NCBI GenBank assembly: GCA_965645245.1
Contig: OZ287071.1
Coordinates: forward strand, 744,001-808,000
DNA length: 64,000 bases
Direction of reading: 5' to 3'
Source: Massalongia carnosa
Taxonomy: Eukaryota
The notes under the pieces are model-generated. The model did no database searches. It was not told the DNA's origin and saw only the letters and a list, made by a program, of their open reading frames with translations. The number at the start of each line of letters is the position of its first letter. Position 1 is the stretch's first letter. The translations under genes were made by a program, and so were the position numbers. Below are positions 12,220-25,504 of the stretch, in pieces.

Positions 12220-15200
12220 TCAGCCTGTTTCTTTCGAGCTCTGGCTAATGAAAATAACCACTGGTATCTCGTTGCTCCATCCCCCATCAAGCCCCAACTC
12301 GTTCCACGCCCGCTCAATGTCGACGTGTAGGACAGCTTCTGATGGCTTGGACGTGACGGCCTGCAACGGAATGCCTTTGCCCAGAATAGTGATCAAGATG
12401 GTATCCTCAATTGATCGTTCGGAAAGGTCGGAGATGTAAATTCCTGTTCAAGGTGGTGCCGGTCAGCTCAAGATACAGGTCAAGGATCTGTCGCCATTGA
12501 GCTATACGTATTGTACGCACCTAACACTCCCAACGCCTTAATGGACGATTTGATCCGTAATCGTCCATTGCCATCGACTTGCATGTCCGAGTTCAGAACC
12601 GCCGCCGCACCAGTCATTTTCCCCAAAAGCCCCAACACTGCCACCTTTAACCCCGAGCGCTCAGCACCTTGGCCCTGTCCCAATGTAAAGGAACGCAAAC
12701 GGTACGCTGACAAAATCTCCCAGCCCTTTACCTCAACCTCCAACGACACTACAGCGGCTTTGTCGTCCACTTTGATCACACTTGAGATTTCCCCGGTGGT
12801 GTGTCCTCGCACAATGTATTCCTCGCCAACTTGAACCCCAGGAAAGGCGTTAAGGTTCACGAACTCAGATAAAACCCGATGACTTACGTTGAAAAGACCG
12901 AGAATGCCCGTTCCAGTACTTTTATCTCCCGTGAAGGTACCTACTTTTAATAGGCGTTCTTCTTCATACGCAGTATAGACTGCTGTGGTTTTGCCAATAA
13001 CGGTAGGCCGAAGGATAATGGTCTTGCCCTTGGTTGTCTGTGCCGTCATTTGACTGATCAGATCAACGTCATGTTTTCCCGGCTCGTCGGTGAAATAGAT
13101 GGGCCCACCAGAAATGCAGCGCCCAGCGGCATGGAAAGAGGAGTAAGGATGGGACGTTTGGAACATATCCCAGTCAGGTAGAATATTGAGGTGCGAAGTC
13201 ATGAGAGAATTGTGTGCGTTGGTGAAAATATGCCAGGGGTGGGAGGTAGGAATGGTTGGGAAAAAATCTATGTAAATAAGACTCTCATTAGGGAAATTAA
13301 CTCCAATGAGGATTAAGATTGGTCATCACCATCCGAGTTTCGCGCCATGAGACGAGGTTTGTTCGTCGGTAATTGGCTGTGGAATATAATTTGCGGGGCC
13401 TGGGACATGCCTGTTGTAGAACCATGAGTAAGAGGTTTTGAACTTGTCAAGGCTACGCACATGAGATAGCTTTGGTGGAAAAGTACCGGAGACTGCTGAT
13501 GATCCATGCATCCTGATATGTCTTGATAAATCTTCGTCTATCATCTGCATCTTCAAGCATCTCGAGCATGAATTGAGCATCAGTCTTCACCGAGTCAATG
13601 CCTGCGTCCAGGAGGAACCTAGAAACCTCAATGAGCCATATTATCTAAAGGGGGGAATATAAGAGTTCATAAGGCAGATAGAAGTGTGAGCTCACCGATA
13701 GAAGTCGTCATACATCTGCTGCGCATCGTCTGCGTCAACAACGGTCATGCTTTCACCGTCTTGCTTGCGGACTTTTCGAGTCTTGTACTTTTTCGCAATA
13801 TTGCCGCTGGGAGAGATGCCACCCCAATAGCCTAGCTAATCAAATCGTCAGCAGGATTGGATATACCGAACTAAATACTCACAATTGCATGCCAGACGGC
13901 AATGTGCTCAATATCTTGGTGCTTTTTCCGAATCTGAGTTATAGTATTTTTAATTCCTTGAGGGAACCCTTTCTTGTGGGCGTCAAAATCTGACCATCCT
14001 ATGGTGCCTTGATTCTGACCATAATTGTCCTGCCACATAATAAGTTTCTGTATTCTGAGCTCAAAATAAAACTTACTGTCGACTGCCACCCATCATCTAT
14101 TATCAGATTTGTGACTACAAGCAATATGAGCGTGAAACTAAAGCCAGCGTTCAAGGCTCACTCTTGATCCCGTTGTCCTTCAGAACATCTAGCGCATCGT
14201 AGATTTTCCGTTCGTTTAGGTTTTGGCCAAGTCCGTTCCAAGTGCAATAGGTTAAGCCATCGTACCAGTTTTCCAACCATTCTGCGTCCGCTCCGTCTTC
14301 CGCTAGAGCTTCAGCTTCAGCCTGTTCTTGGCCGCTCAAGTACTCATCACCATGGATGAGCTTTCGAGCGTGGTACCAGACTGCGGCATTGGCACTCTCA
14401 AAGGTCTTACCGACTGCGGCGATGACTCGGATTTGGCCTTCTTTTGTGCTATCGTTACGGGAAGAAATGATTACATTCCCTTGCCCATCTGATTTCAAAA
14501 CAGTCAAAACGTCGTCTACGCCGCTAACGGCCAACAGGACCAGATGAAGACCATCCCAGCGCAGAAATGAGCAAAGAAGAACATCCTCATCAGGAGAGAA
14601 ATCTCCCTGGCCATGACGAGGAGCGACCCAGGGAACCCATATTCTGACAAGGGAGAACCACCTCGTAAAGCTGCGTGGAGTACCAAGGCTAATTTTAGCG
14701 AATGCTGAGGCTTTCCCTTCCGCTGCTGATATTGGGGCAGAGATGGACCATAACTGAACATCCAGGGCTTTGCTGGCGACAGAATGCACAGTGAGCTCAG
14801 AGCTGTAGTCCTTCAAGTAATCAAAAAGCTCCTGAGGTGGATTGTGACACTGGAAATAGAGCTCCCCGTCCTTTAGACCCGAATGCTGATTTATCCATTT
14901 CCACGATTCGCTGCGAGATGTCCTAAACTTCAAAGTAAATTGAACGGCATCGTGGCTTCTCGGTCTTGGAAGATCAACTAAGAAGTAACGACGATATACA
15001 TCGGGCCGGCTTTTCGAGCTGAATGCAAGCTGAACGTAGTTCAGAACTTAATTAGTACAAAGTATTGATAACTAGCTAACAAACTCACTGGTCCTCCACT
15101 CGTCGCCGTAGTCAGTTCTTGGAGAGCTAATTCCCTCCATTCTCGATTTTCATGGCCATTATGCCAGAGTACCGCTTCCCAACCCTGCTCTGGGAAAGAT

Positions 15201-15369
15201 CTGCTAGATTCGATCAATACCGTGAAATGTACCTATCTTATATCAGTGCGGAGAAGTTACAAACATCAATTCGGGTTCTAGAGTTTGGGCGTACATTTTG
15301 CTGATGCAATGGAATGATAGTGGCTTGCCCCAGAGGGGGATCACACACGATGTTGGCGAAGAGAATCAT
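12220..15369 (-). CDS. GH36 raffinose synthase / seed-imbibition (Sip1)-type alpha-galactosidase, about 10 exons
   Basis: LTYCTWNGLGQ, NLIIDDGWQS, AVWHAI-LGYWGGISP, GIDSVKTDAQ (nucleophile), RNSDDFFP, LPDWDMFQTSH (acid/base), FHAAGRCISGGPIYFTDEPGKHD. Exons join through GT-AG introns. Confidence 0.93.
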
Positions 15370-15839
15370 TTGCGCTGTTCTGACATAGTACAGTTTGAAA
15401 GGCTTGCCAAAGGCATCAGAGATCATGATGAGCAGAAGAGGGGTAAATAGTGTACTCTGTACAGTCCGCCTTGACTATACCGATGGGACTTTAATATGAA
15501 AACAACTTTGTTATTACGAATAAAACCGGCCGAGTACTTTTACACACTCTCATGTACAAAAATCATTCGAGGCGAGTTGTCTGCTCCATAACCAAATCCT
15601 GATGTGGCGCTTTCAGCAGTAACTGCTAAACCTCACATGTCAAGCCATGTATCGTAAATCACATTATGCACGCCCCAAAGCCTATAAAAACCAAAACAAT
15701 GGCTGATATTTTAGTGCAATAGTTAGATAGCTGGTTTCGTAATTACTCAGTAATTGATGCTATAACTCTGTATTATAAAATTAAATTTCACATCAATTCC
15801 TTCAAACTACGAACTGAGAAATCTTTGGGAACAGATCCA

Positions 15840-17919
15840 ATGCTGTTACTTCGTACCCGAAACTTTCGGGGTTCACCACACTTATGTTTCTTATGTGCAA
15901 GAAATCTGCAAATTCCTGTCTATTCTCCCTCCAATTTCAATGACCAAAGACGTTCGATCACTCAGAACTGGCTCCGACAAACGGCAGCAGCAGCAGATCG
16001 ATGGTGTCAACAAGCTCAAGAAATCAGAGCCGGAAAAAGGCAAAGTATGCTAGCATTGCTTGAGGAGAGAGGATATGTAAACTCAGTAGTAGGGTAATGA
16101 TTCAGCTGTTCAATCCATTCCTGACCCCGCTGATCGTTTTAGGGACCGAGACGCTTTGGATCGATTAATGATAGACAAGCGGATTGGAGCCTACGTAGGT
16201 ATAGACCCTACAGCGCCATCGCTGCATGTGGGCCATCTATTACCGCTTATGACACTCTTTTGGATGTACATCAATGGCCTTCATACAGTCTCGTTAGTAC
16301 GGATTTATCCAAGGCCTGCTCTCGCCAGCACCCTCTAACCTGTATAGCTTGGTGGTGCGACTGCAAGAGTGGGAGACCCTTCAGGTAGGACGACCATAAG
16401 AGAGGATCAACACTCATCGATCCGTAAAGCCAATATGGCTAGTATGCACATACAACTCAAGAAGCTATGGATGAATGTGGAACAGCACACGAAAAAATAC
16501 AATTATCACTGGGAATGGGCATGGCATCGAGAGTTATCAAATAATAATGCATGGCTGAACAAGCTAGAAATCACGGAAGTTTTGCGCTTACTTGGATCCG
16601 GCCTTAGGATGGGGACGATGTTAGGAAGAGATACGTAAGTAAGTCCTCCTTTGACCTGTATGGCCGCCAACAGTTTACATAGCTAATGCTAGGTACTGAA
16701 AAGGGTGCGCACACGAATGAAGAGTGGAGACGGCATGTCGCTTGGGGAATTCTTATATCCAGTGCTACAGTCATGGGATTGGTGGCATATGTATCATACA
16801 AAAGGCATTCAGGTACAAATTGGCGGGTCCGATCAGTTCGGGAATATTCTTGCGGGCATTGACGCTATAAAATACATCAACAAGAACCACTACGATCCCC
16901 TATATAGGCAGGAAGAGGAGGAATTCTTGAACACCCCCATGGGCTTTACCGTCCCTCTCTTGACAGCCGGTTCGGGCGAGAAATTTGGAAAGAGCGCTGG
17001 CAATGCCATCTGGCTGGATCAAGATATGACAAGCACATTCGACCTATATCAGGTATGTTGACAATTATAACTACTTTCATGCCCATAGCTGAATTTAGTC
17101 AAGTTCTTCCTCCGCACTTCTGATGCTGATGTCGGTCGGTATTTAAAACTTTTCACATTCATGCCAATTAATGCTATCGAGAATATCGTGAGAGAGCATG
17201 AAAACCAGCCATCGAAGCGTATCGCTCAACACAAATTAGCCTACGAAGTTCTTGAGATCATTCATGGGAAGGAAGCAGCAAAAGAAGCCGAAAAGCAGCA
17301 CGGATTGGTATTTCAGGGGCAGCCTGTGACTAAAAAACCCGCGGACGGCATCCTTCAATCCAACGAAGACATTAACCCCCAACTTAACAAGCACGCGCCG
17401 CAAATAACAGCTGCTAACACCCCATCACACCATATTCTATTGCCCAAATCTCTGGTTTACAACCAGGCGATGGCTCGCATACTTTATTCAGCTGGACTAG
17501 TGTCCTCACGTAGCGAAGGGCACCGGCTAGCAAGTAAGCAAGGCGCCTACGTCGGCAGTCGGCCTGGGGCTAGCGGAACTATGGGAGATCAGCTCGAATT
17601 CACTCCGGTGGCGAACTGGTTCCCTAAGGATACTGAGAAGTATGTCATCGATGACGATCTGCTGATCCTTCGGGTTGGGAAATGGAAGTTGAAGATTATC
17701 AAAATCGTGAGCGACGAGGAATTTGAGCGGCAGGGCTTGACGGCTCCTGGATGGAAGGAGGAGCCAGAACCCTGGGAAGATCGAGCGAAGAAGGGGACGC
17801 ATGGGCAAACGAAGAGCCCGCAGTGGCAAGCTAAGGGAGAGTTATGGAAATCAAAAGTGAAGGAGTGGCAACCGAAGAAGTCCCCAAGAAACTCAATTAT
17901 TCGGACTATCAATACTTGA
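15840..17919 (+). CDS. cyt-18: Mitochondrial tyrosyl-tRNA synthetase (CYT-18/Msy1 type)
   Basis: [19 protein letters not shown] (HIGH motif), [32 protein letters not shown] (KMSKS motif), an S4-like C-terminal domain and an N-terminal targeting-like sequence. Four introns. Confidence 0.95.
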
Positions 17920-18766
17920 AAGCCCTCGCTCAAGGTTCTTATGATCCGTTCGGTCTCGGTTTTGTTTCCTACCTCTCAAGCCACTTGTTGTTTTCATCAT
18001 CTTTCATGCATCTTCACTATTTGGGTTTGAACATTGTAATTTTAAAAGAAAGCAATGGAGAAACTCCGCGTTTTCTTTCACTTGATTTGTCCTAAAGGCT
18101 TGAGTGAAGAGAGATCACGCCTGCCCTTAGGCTGGCGGTAGAGAATTTCATCACTATCAATTCTGCTTCTGAACTAGATCCGGTCCAACAACTCGCTCTA
18201 GGTGTACTAGCCCTTTGGATTTCAAGACCGTTCCTGGGATAGAGTTTACCCTATGAACCCTTTTCTTCGTATATGGATACTCTTCCCGCTCAATCAAGGT
18301 TTGCTGCTATAAGGTTTTATATCACTAACCCGCGTGCCTATTCAAATACTAGCTTACGCAGTCCCCAACCAAGGGTTTCTACCGCACAAAACTAAAAATG
18401 GAAACAAAAAATCCCCTTGGCTATAAGAGGAACATCCCCTCTCCCTCCAGCTAGGTGAGTGTTCTTAGTCACTGCCTCTTTCTGTTTGAAAATATTAAGG
18501 AGATGGCTTGTGAGGGGCTATTGCTGAATGGAGGAAACTTCTAACGCAACCTTCCATAGTAGTTAATTTCGTTGACCTACTTACTCGTGGCCCAAACGTA
18601 CTCGAATTTTTTTATTTTAAAAACCACTAACACAAATCAAATATTGGAGCACCTTTAGGCGACGCGAGTAGATAGGAAAATCAAAAGCTCGTATGAAAGG
18701 AATCATAGCCTATAAATTACCAAGAATACACGATATCTGAATGTGTAAATTTGTGTACATTTAAAA

Positions 18767-18857
18767 ACGCGTGCTAATCACGGAGAACCCTACTTAAAGT
18801 TAACTTACGCGTTGTTTTATCAACGCGTTAGTCCTTCGGTGAAAGCGCTAAACGCGT
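18767..18857. promoter_or_regulatory. Cluster of four MluI cell-cycle boxes (ACGCGT) upstream of MSH6
   Basis: ACGCGT at 18767-72, 18807-12, 18823-28 and 18852-57, 126-216 bp upstream of the MSH6 ATG. Confidence 0.8.
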
Positions 18858-18982
18858 ACTTCAATCAATCACGTCTGCCCCAGCAAGCTCCATTCTCTCG
18901 CAACATAAATTCATATCTCAATTCCGCGAATTAGTGGAGGAAAAATAATCTAGTCCATGTTTTGATATTTGCTTTCTGAATA

Positions 18983-21900
18983 ATGACGAACACCAAACAG
19001 CCTAGGCGTACCTCCTCAAACCCAATTCCACCTCCGCTAAAAAAGTCGAGTTCCGGCTCCCAGTCAAGCAAGAGTCAGCAGTCGATTACTGGATTCTTCC
19101 AGACGAGACCCGTCGATTCGCCCCAAGCAAATCAGAGATTACCGTCTAGGAGGCAGGGGCTGGCGAATTCTTTCAATGGATCAGTACTGGCAAAAGAGGA
19201 ATCCAGAGGATCCAGCTCAAGTCTTACTCCTGCGCCCAGCAGTGATGCGCTAGAAGAACTTGACTTGGTGGAGACAATGGAAATTGCAAAAATTTTAGAT
19301 ATTATAGACAACGGGCTGCCATCACCAGTAACGCCAGCTGGTGGTGCTGTGAACGGTGACGCTTCAAGCTCTCCGAACCTACCATTAAGTTTCAGTAGCC
19401 CATCGCGAAAGGTGTTTGGTTCTTTCTTATGGATATAATCTTGGGCTAATACTAGAACTCATCAGACTAAGAAAGTTATTAGCTACGCTGAGTCGGGGGA
19501 CGAGGAGGGGGAGGAGGAGGAGGAAGAAGTATTTAGGCCTACGAGAAGCAAAAATACAAGGGGGAGAGCATTAAAAAGAAAGAAGACTGTGGTCAACGAC
19601 GAGGATGACTTTGCGGAGAGCAGCGAGGCTGAAGTGATTGATGAGGGTACCATCCCCTTTCTGCTCTCTCTAGCCTGTAATCCACCCTAGCTTACATCTG
19701 GATGATCTACAGAAGATTTCGTCGTTGCCGATGACTCCGAGGACAATGTCGTTCCAAACAAGAAACGGAAGCGATCAACAAATTCAATACCTATGTCTCG
19801 AAAAAGCGCTTCCATCGTACCATTGGTGGTTGAAGATGAGATTGAGACGTCAACCGGATCTACTGCCCAGCAGTGGACCTATGATCCCGAAAGCACTCAA
19901 CCTCTACAGCCTCGCACTCCAAACGCCATTACTAGGAAGCCTTCTTCAGACAAAAAGTGGAAGGAAAAAGCTCATATCAGCGAGCCTGATCAAAGATATC
20001 CTTGGCTAGCAGCGATGACTGACTCGGACCGAAATCCACCAGGACATGCGGACTATGATCCAAGAACAGTTTACATACCACCAATGGCGTGGGCGAAATT
20101 CTCCGCCTTCGAGAAGCAATACTGGGAGATTAAGCAAAAGTTTTGGGATACAATAGTTTTCTTTAAAAAGGGTAAATTCTACGAACTGTACGAGAATGAT
20201 GCGACCATTGGCCATCAGCTATTTGATCTTAAGCTTACCGATCGCGTCAACATGAGAATGGTAGGCGTTCCTGAGATGAGCTTGGATCACTGGGCAAATC
20301 AGTTTGTAGCAAAAGGATTCAAGATCGCTCGTGTAGACCAACAGGAATCAGCATTGGGCAAAGAAATGCGAGAACGGGATGGCAAAAAGCCCGGGAAGGA
20401 AGACAAAATCATCCGGAGAGAACTAGCGTGTGTGCTTACTAGTGGAACCCTGGTCGACGGCGCGATGTTGCAAGATGACATGTCAACCTTTTGTGTCTCT
20501 ATCAAAGAATCCGAGAGGGATGGACAACCGGAGTTTGGCATATCGTTTGTTGACACCGCCACCGGCCAGTTCTTTCTCTCTGAATTTATAGATGACGTCG
20601 AGATGACGAAGTTCGAAACTCTCATAGCACAAACCAGACCCCAAGAACTTATTTTGGAGAAAGGCTGTGTGTCTGTGGGAGTTCTGAGAATACTCAAGAA
20701 CAGTACTGGACCAACGACCATTTGGAATTATCTCAAACCTGGTAGAGAATTCTGGACAGCGGATGTCACTTGGCGTGAACTTGACGCTTGCAAATATTTT
20801 GTGTCAGGTACAGAAAGCAACGTTGAAGCTTGGCCGAGAGCTCTACGCGAGGCCAAGGAGAAAGAAGTGTTGATGTCTTCATTCGGCGCATTAGTGCAAT
20901 ATCTCAAGACCCTGAAGATTGAGCATGATCTTCTCACGTTGGGGAATTTCTCCTGGTATGATCCAATCAGGAAGGCAAGTAGCCTCGTTTTGGACGGCAA
21001 AACGTTGATGAACTTGGAGATATTTGCTAACTCCTTCGATGGTGGCGCCGATGGTACCCTCTTCATGCTTCTAAATCGTTGCATCACACCATTTGGAAAA
21101 CGCATGTTCAAACAGTGGGTCTGCCACCCTCTAATGGATACTGCCAGAATCAATGCTCGGCTAGATGCTGTTGAATCGCTCAATGCCGACAACACTGTAC
21201 GAGATCGTTTTACAACCCAGCTCACCAAGCTGCCTGACCTAGAAAGGATGATATCCCGGATTCACGCAGGAAGCTGTAAAGCTCAGGACTTTGTTAGAGT
21301 TCTGGATGGCTTTGAGCAAATAGAATACACGATGAGCCTTGTCAAGGACGTAGGCTCTGGAGAGGGGGTTATTGGTAATCTAATATCTTCTATGCCTGAT
21401 CTACGAGGCGTCCTCAAACCATGGAAAGAAGCTTTCGATCATCTAAAAGCGAAATCCGACGGGGTTCTCGTACCTGAGCAGGGCGTGGAAGAGGACTTTG
21501 ACAACAGCCAAGATCATATCGAGAGTATTTTGGAGAGCTTGGAGACTCTCCTGAAGAAAACCAGAAAAGACTTGGGGTCTACCGCCATTGTATACAGAGA
21601 CAATGGCAAGGAGATTTACCAGCTGGAAGTGCCAATCAAAGTTAAAGGCATCCCGAAACACTGGGATCAAATGTCAGCAACGCAGAAAGTCAAGCGTTAT
21701 TACAGTCCTGAGCTTCGAAATCTTGTAAGAAATCTTCAAGAAGCCCAGGAGACTCATAGTCAAATTGTTAAGGAAGTCGCCGGCCGATTCTTTACACGTT
21801 TCGATGAGAACTACGCTACATGGCTGGCGGCGGTGCGGATCGTTGCTCAGTTGGACTGCTTGATCTCACTGGCCAAGGCCTCTTCAAGCTTGGGTGAGCC

Positions 21901-22867
21901 GAGCTGTAGGCCCGAGTTTGTGGAGGATGAGAGAAGTGTGATCGAGTTTGAGGATCTAAGACATCCGTGCATGGTTTCCAACATGACAGACTTCATTCCG
22001 AATGACGTGAAGCTAGGCGGAGACACCGCCAACATCAACCTACTGACCGGTGCCAACGCCGCCGGCAAGTCAACAATTCTCAGAATGGTAAATATTGTCT
22101 TCTTTCCCCCTCCTTTCGCTCTCTACATCAACCGAACAAAACCTAACACAACCCTCGTGCAGACCTGTATCGCCGTCATCATGGCCCAGATCGGGTGCTA
22201 CGTCCCCGCCCGCTCGGCGCGCCTCACCGCAGTTGACCGCATCATGTCGCGCCTCGGCGCCAATGACAACATCTTCGCGGCTCAATCAACCTTCTTTGTT
22301 GAGCTTTCGGAAACCAAGAAGATCCTCGCGGAAGCCACCCCGCGCTCACTCGTCATTCTCGACGAGCTGGGGCGGGGCACCAGCTCCTGGGACGGCGTTG
22401 CCGTCGCCCAGGCCGTGCTGCACCACATCGCTACCCACGTCGGCGCCGTCGGTTTCTTTGCCACGCACTACCACTCCCTCGCTGCAGAGTTCGCTGCGCA
22501 CCCTGAGGTCCGTTGTAAGCGCATGCGCATCCAGGTTGACGAGGAGGCCCGGCGGGTCACATTCCTGTACCTGCTGGAGGACGGGGTGGCGGAGGGGAGC
22601 TTCGGTATGCATTGTGCAGCCATGTGTGGGATTCCTGAAAAGGTAGTGAAACGGGCCGAGGTCGCGGCCAGGGAGTGGGAGTGGACGGGTCGGTTGCAGG
22701 AGAAGGCCGAGGTAGCCATGCGGGGGGGTGGGGTGCCGCTAGGGTGGCTGAGCGATGTTGCTTGGTTGTTAAGAGAGGGTGGTGAGGGCATGGACACTGG
22801 GGAGGAGGGGCAAGCGGTTGGAGAGAAAGGACTGGATGTATTGCGGGAGGCGATTGGAAGGCTTTGA
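18983..22867 (+). CDS. MSH6: DNA mismatch repair protein Msh6
   Basis: PIP-box-like QQSITGFF near the N-terminus, FFKKGKFYELYE mismatch-binding motif, LLTGANAAGKSTILR Walker A, STFFVELSET, LVILDELGRGT, FATHYH. Introns at about 19412-19465, 19648-19712 and 22088-22162. Confidence 0.97.
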
Positions 22868-23656
22868 GTAGCGTATATTATTCGCTCGGTGGCTTTGCTT
22901 GGTGATGTGAAAAGCTTCTAGTGGAATTAGTTGGCTTTTTTGTTGTGATAAAAAAAAAAGGTGGGTTGAGGGAGCGGGTACTTCATAGACCGTTGTAGCT
23001 AAACTTTTGGGATCGAGGAGTGTTTTGAAAAGGTATTTAGATTACCTATCGCAAAATGAACCGGCAAAGATACTTCTGTCTAGTTTGTGCATTCAATACC
23101 GTCTGAGATGTCGACGATGACTACTTTGCACGTTACGAACGGTACGCATATGTGGGTCTAGCAGAATGAAAAGAATCCCCAACTCGCTTAGTAGCTAACT
23201 TATCAGGATCCCATTTCTCCAACCCCCCACGAGGGGGAGTGAGACGAGAAAAAGATACATAGCTAAGAAACGAAGCGGGATGGAAGACGAAACCAGGGCA
23301 AACAGTTCAAACGCTGATCCGCTTGCCTATCTCTATCCACCACCGTGGGAACGCAACAGTAATCCTTCAGGAGAGCATAACAAGACACAAGATAAGGGAG
23401 ATGTGGGGACCGCGAAAAGCCGGGGGAAAAACACAACCTGCGAGCTCTCTACCCTTCCACGATGGGGGTGATTGATCGCCGATGCGAAAGACGATGAAAG
23501 TGGATAGGTGGAGAAGAGTGAGTTGGTTGGATGGCGGCGTTTACGGAAATCCACCCTGCCTGGGCAAGAAGGGACTTATGATTAGCATTAACAGTTGAAA
23601 CCTTATGAAATATTGGGAGTGAGATTGTGGAATGGATAGAATGGGAACATACCTCT

Positions 23657-24986
23657 CTAATCGTCCACATCAGTGTTGACGAAGGCATCAAACAATGCAT
23701 CGTCCTCTGTCTTTGCGTCTCCAAGTTCCTGCTCTACCGCTCCGGTCGCAATGGCAAGCGCAACACTCAGATTAGCGACTTCCTCATTGTCCGCTTCAGC
23801 GCCAGGACCGGAGAGAACGGAACTGTCGCTAGGGATGTCGGCAATGACAGTAGTTTCAGTTGTCATATCATGCTCCTTGTCACCGTTGCTGTCAGACTCG
23901 TCGTGTACCAATTGGGTGCTCTTAGGTGCAGAAGCTCCTTTCTTTGCACGCTTTGAGGATTGCTTGTCACCCTCTGGCTTTGGCTTACGACCCCGCTTCT
24001 TGAGCGAAGGAGAAAGGGCGGCAATGCTCGCGTCTTCGGCATCTTCGTCAGCTTTGAAGCCACCGGCGGCCGCCTCAAGCTTGACGCCTTTGGCGCCTCG
24101 CTTCTTATCAGAGAAATTTGCGGGCGTAACTGTATCATCGCCATCGCTGGCGGTTTCAACCTTTAGTTTCGTTGCGCGTTTCTTACGGGCAGGTTTTACG
24201 GGGGTGGCAACTTCATTGCGATCGGCATCCAGCTCCATCTTCGCTTTGGAGGCACGCTTCTTGGGGGTTGGAGCTACGCTCCCTTCGCCGTCTGCCTGCT
24301 CATCTGTCTTCACTTTACGTCCCCCAGGCTTCTTTGATTTGGCGATAACTGGGGTTACCTCTTCCTCGTCGTTGGCTTTATCATCAATCTCATCATCCAC
24401 TTCATCATTACTCCCAGATTTGGCCTTGGTCTTTTTTGGGGTTGTAAATGCGGAACTAGGATTTGTAGATGTAGTAGCGCCGGCCAAGATCTTCTTTTTG
24501 GTTGCCAGGAAGGATGTATTCGCAGATGCTGCGGTTTTAAAATTACCCATGGCAGCTAACTTATCGTAATCAACCTGAATATTATAGTAAGCATTAGGCA
24601 AACTGGAGAATGAACACAGTACATAGAGAGAATCAAAGAATTTAATATGCTGTGCGGGTGGATAATGACTTTGAATAACTTTGAATAAGAGGGCAGGGCA
24701 AATTAAGTGAGAGATTTGTGCTAAACTTAGTGAACTGACTTGTAGTGCATTGAAAGTGGTGAAGTAAAGAGAAAAGGCAGTAGCCGACGAGCAAGGTTCA
24801 CAATGATTAAGATACATAAACAGTGAGGATTCGATGATTTTTAAGTTCAAGGCAAACAATTGGAGTCCGAGTTACTAAGCAAGGAATTGGTTAACTGACC
24901 TTGAATGCTGATGGATCTTTAAGGCATTGAAATGCCATGCTCAAGAGCTCCATTTCACGCGGTGTAAGTGACATGTTTGCTGACAT
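23657..24986 (-). CDS. Hypothetical Lys/acidic-rich protein with a short fungal helical N-domain and an AT-hook-like KKRGRKPK; possibly chromatin-associated
   Basis: Exon 1 (24986-24900) MSANMSLTPREMELLSMAFQCLKDPSAFK, intron 24899-24575 (GTCAGT..CTAAT..CAG), exon 2 VDYDKLAAMGNFKTAASANTSFLATKKKI followed by a TPKK/SP-rich disordered tail. Confidence 0.75.
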
Positions 24987-25504
24987 CTATTGTAAAGTCT
25001 GAGGATGTGAAGCAAGAGAGCAAGTGTCCACTGTTGATAGTTTTGTATTGATCTTACAAAGAGAAGATGTGGATGTGAGTAAGGTTAAAGAAAGGTGAGC
25101 GTTGATCTTATTAACCACTAGGCTAATTTCAGGGGCCTGAAAATGAAACGAGGAACGAAAGGAACGCTTAACGGAACACCCTAGATGTTGCCGGGTGAAT
25201 GAATTTGGAAGGAGATGAAAAGATGGGCAAGCTATAAGTCTGAATGATTCGGGCACCAAGTACAGCTAGGTTATCCGAGCTGTAAAAGGTGCGAGCAGCC
25301 CAAAGAGGTCAGTAGTCTGAGATAGTCTTTTGGTATTCCGTGAACTGCTTTCTGTAGATATAAACAACGACCTCACTTGATTGTTGCCGACAGGACTCCC
25401 ATCCCGAAACTCGGTTTGGTCTTCTTATGTTAGGACTAAGATCATTCGGTCTCTGACGAGAAGAAGGCCACATTGCTGTCATATATAATATAGAAACTCC
25501 TCTT

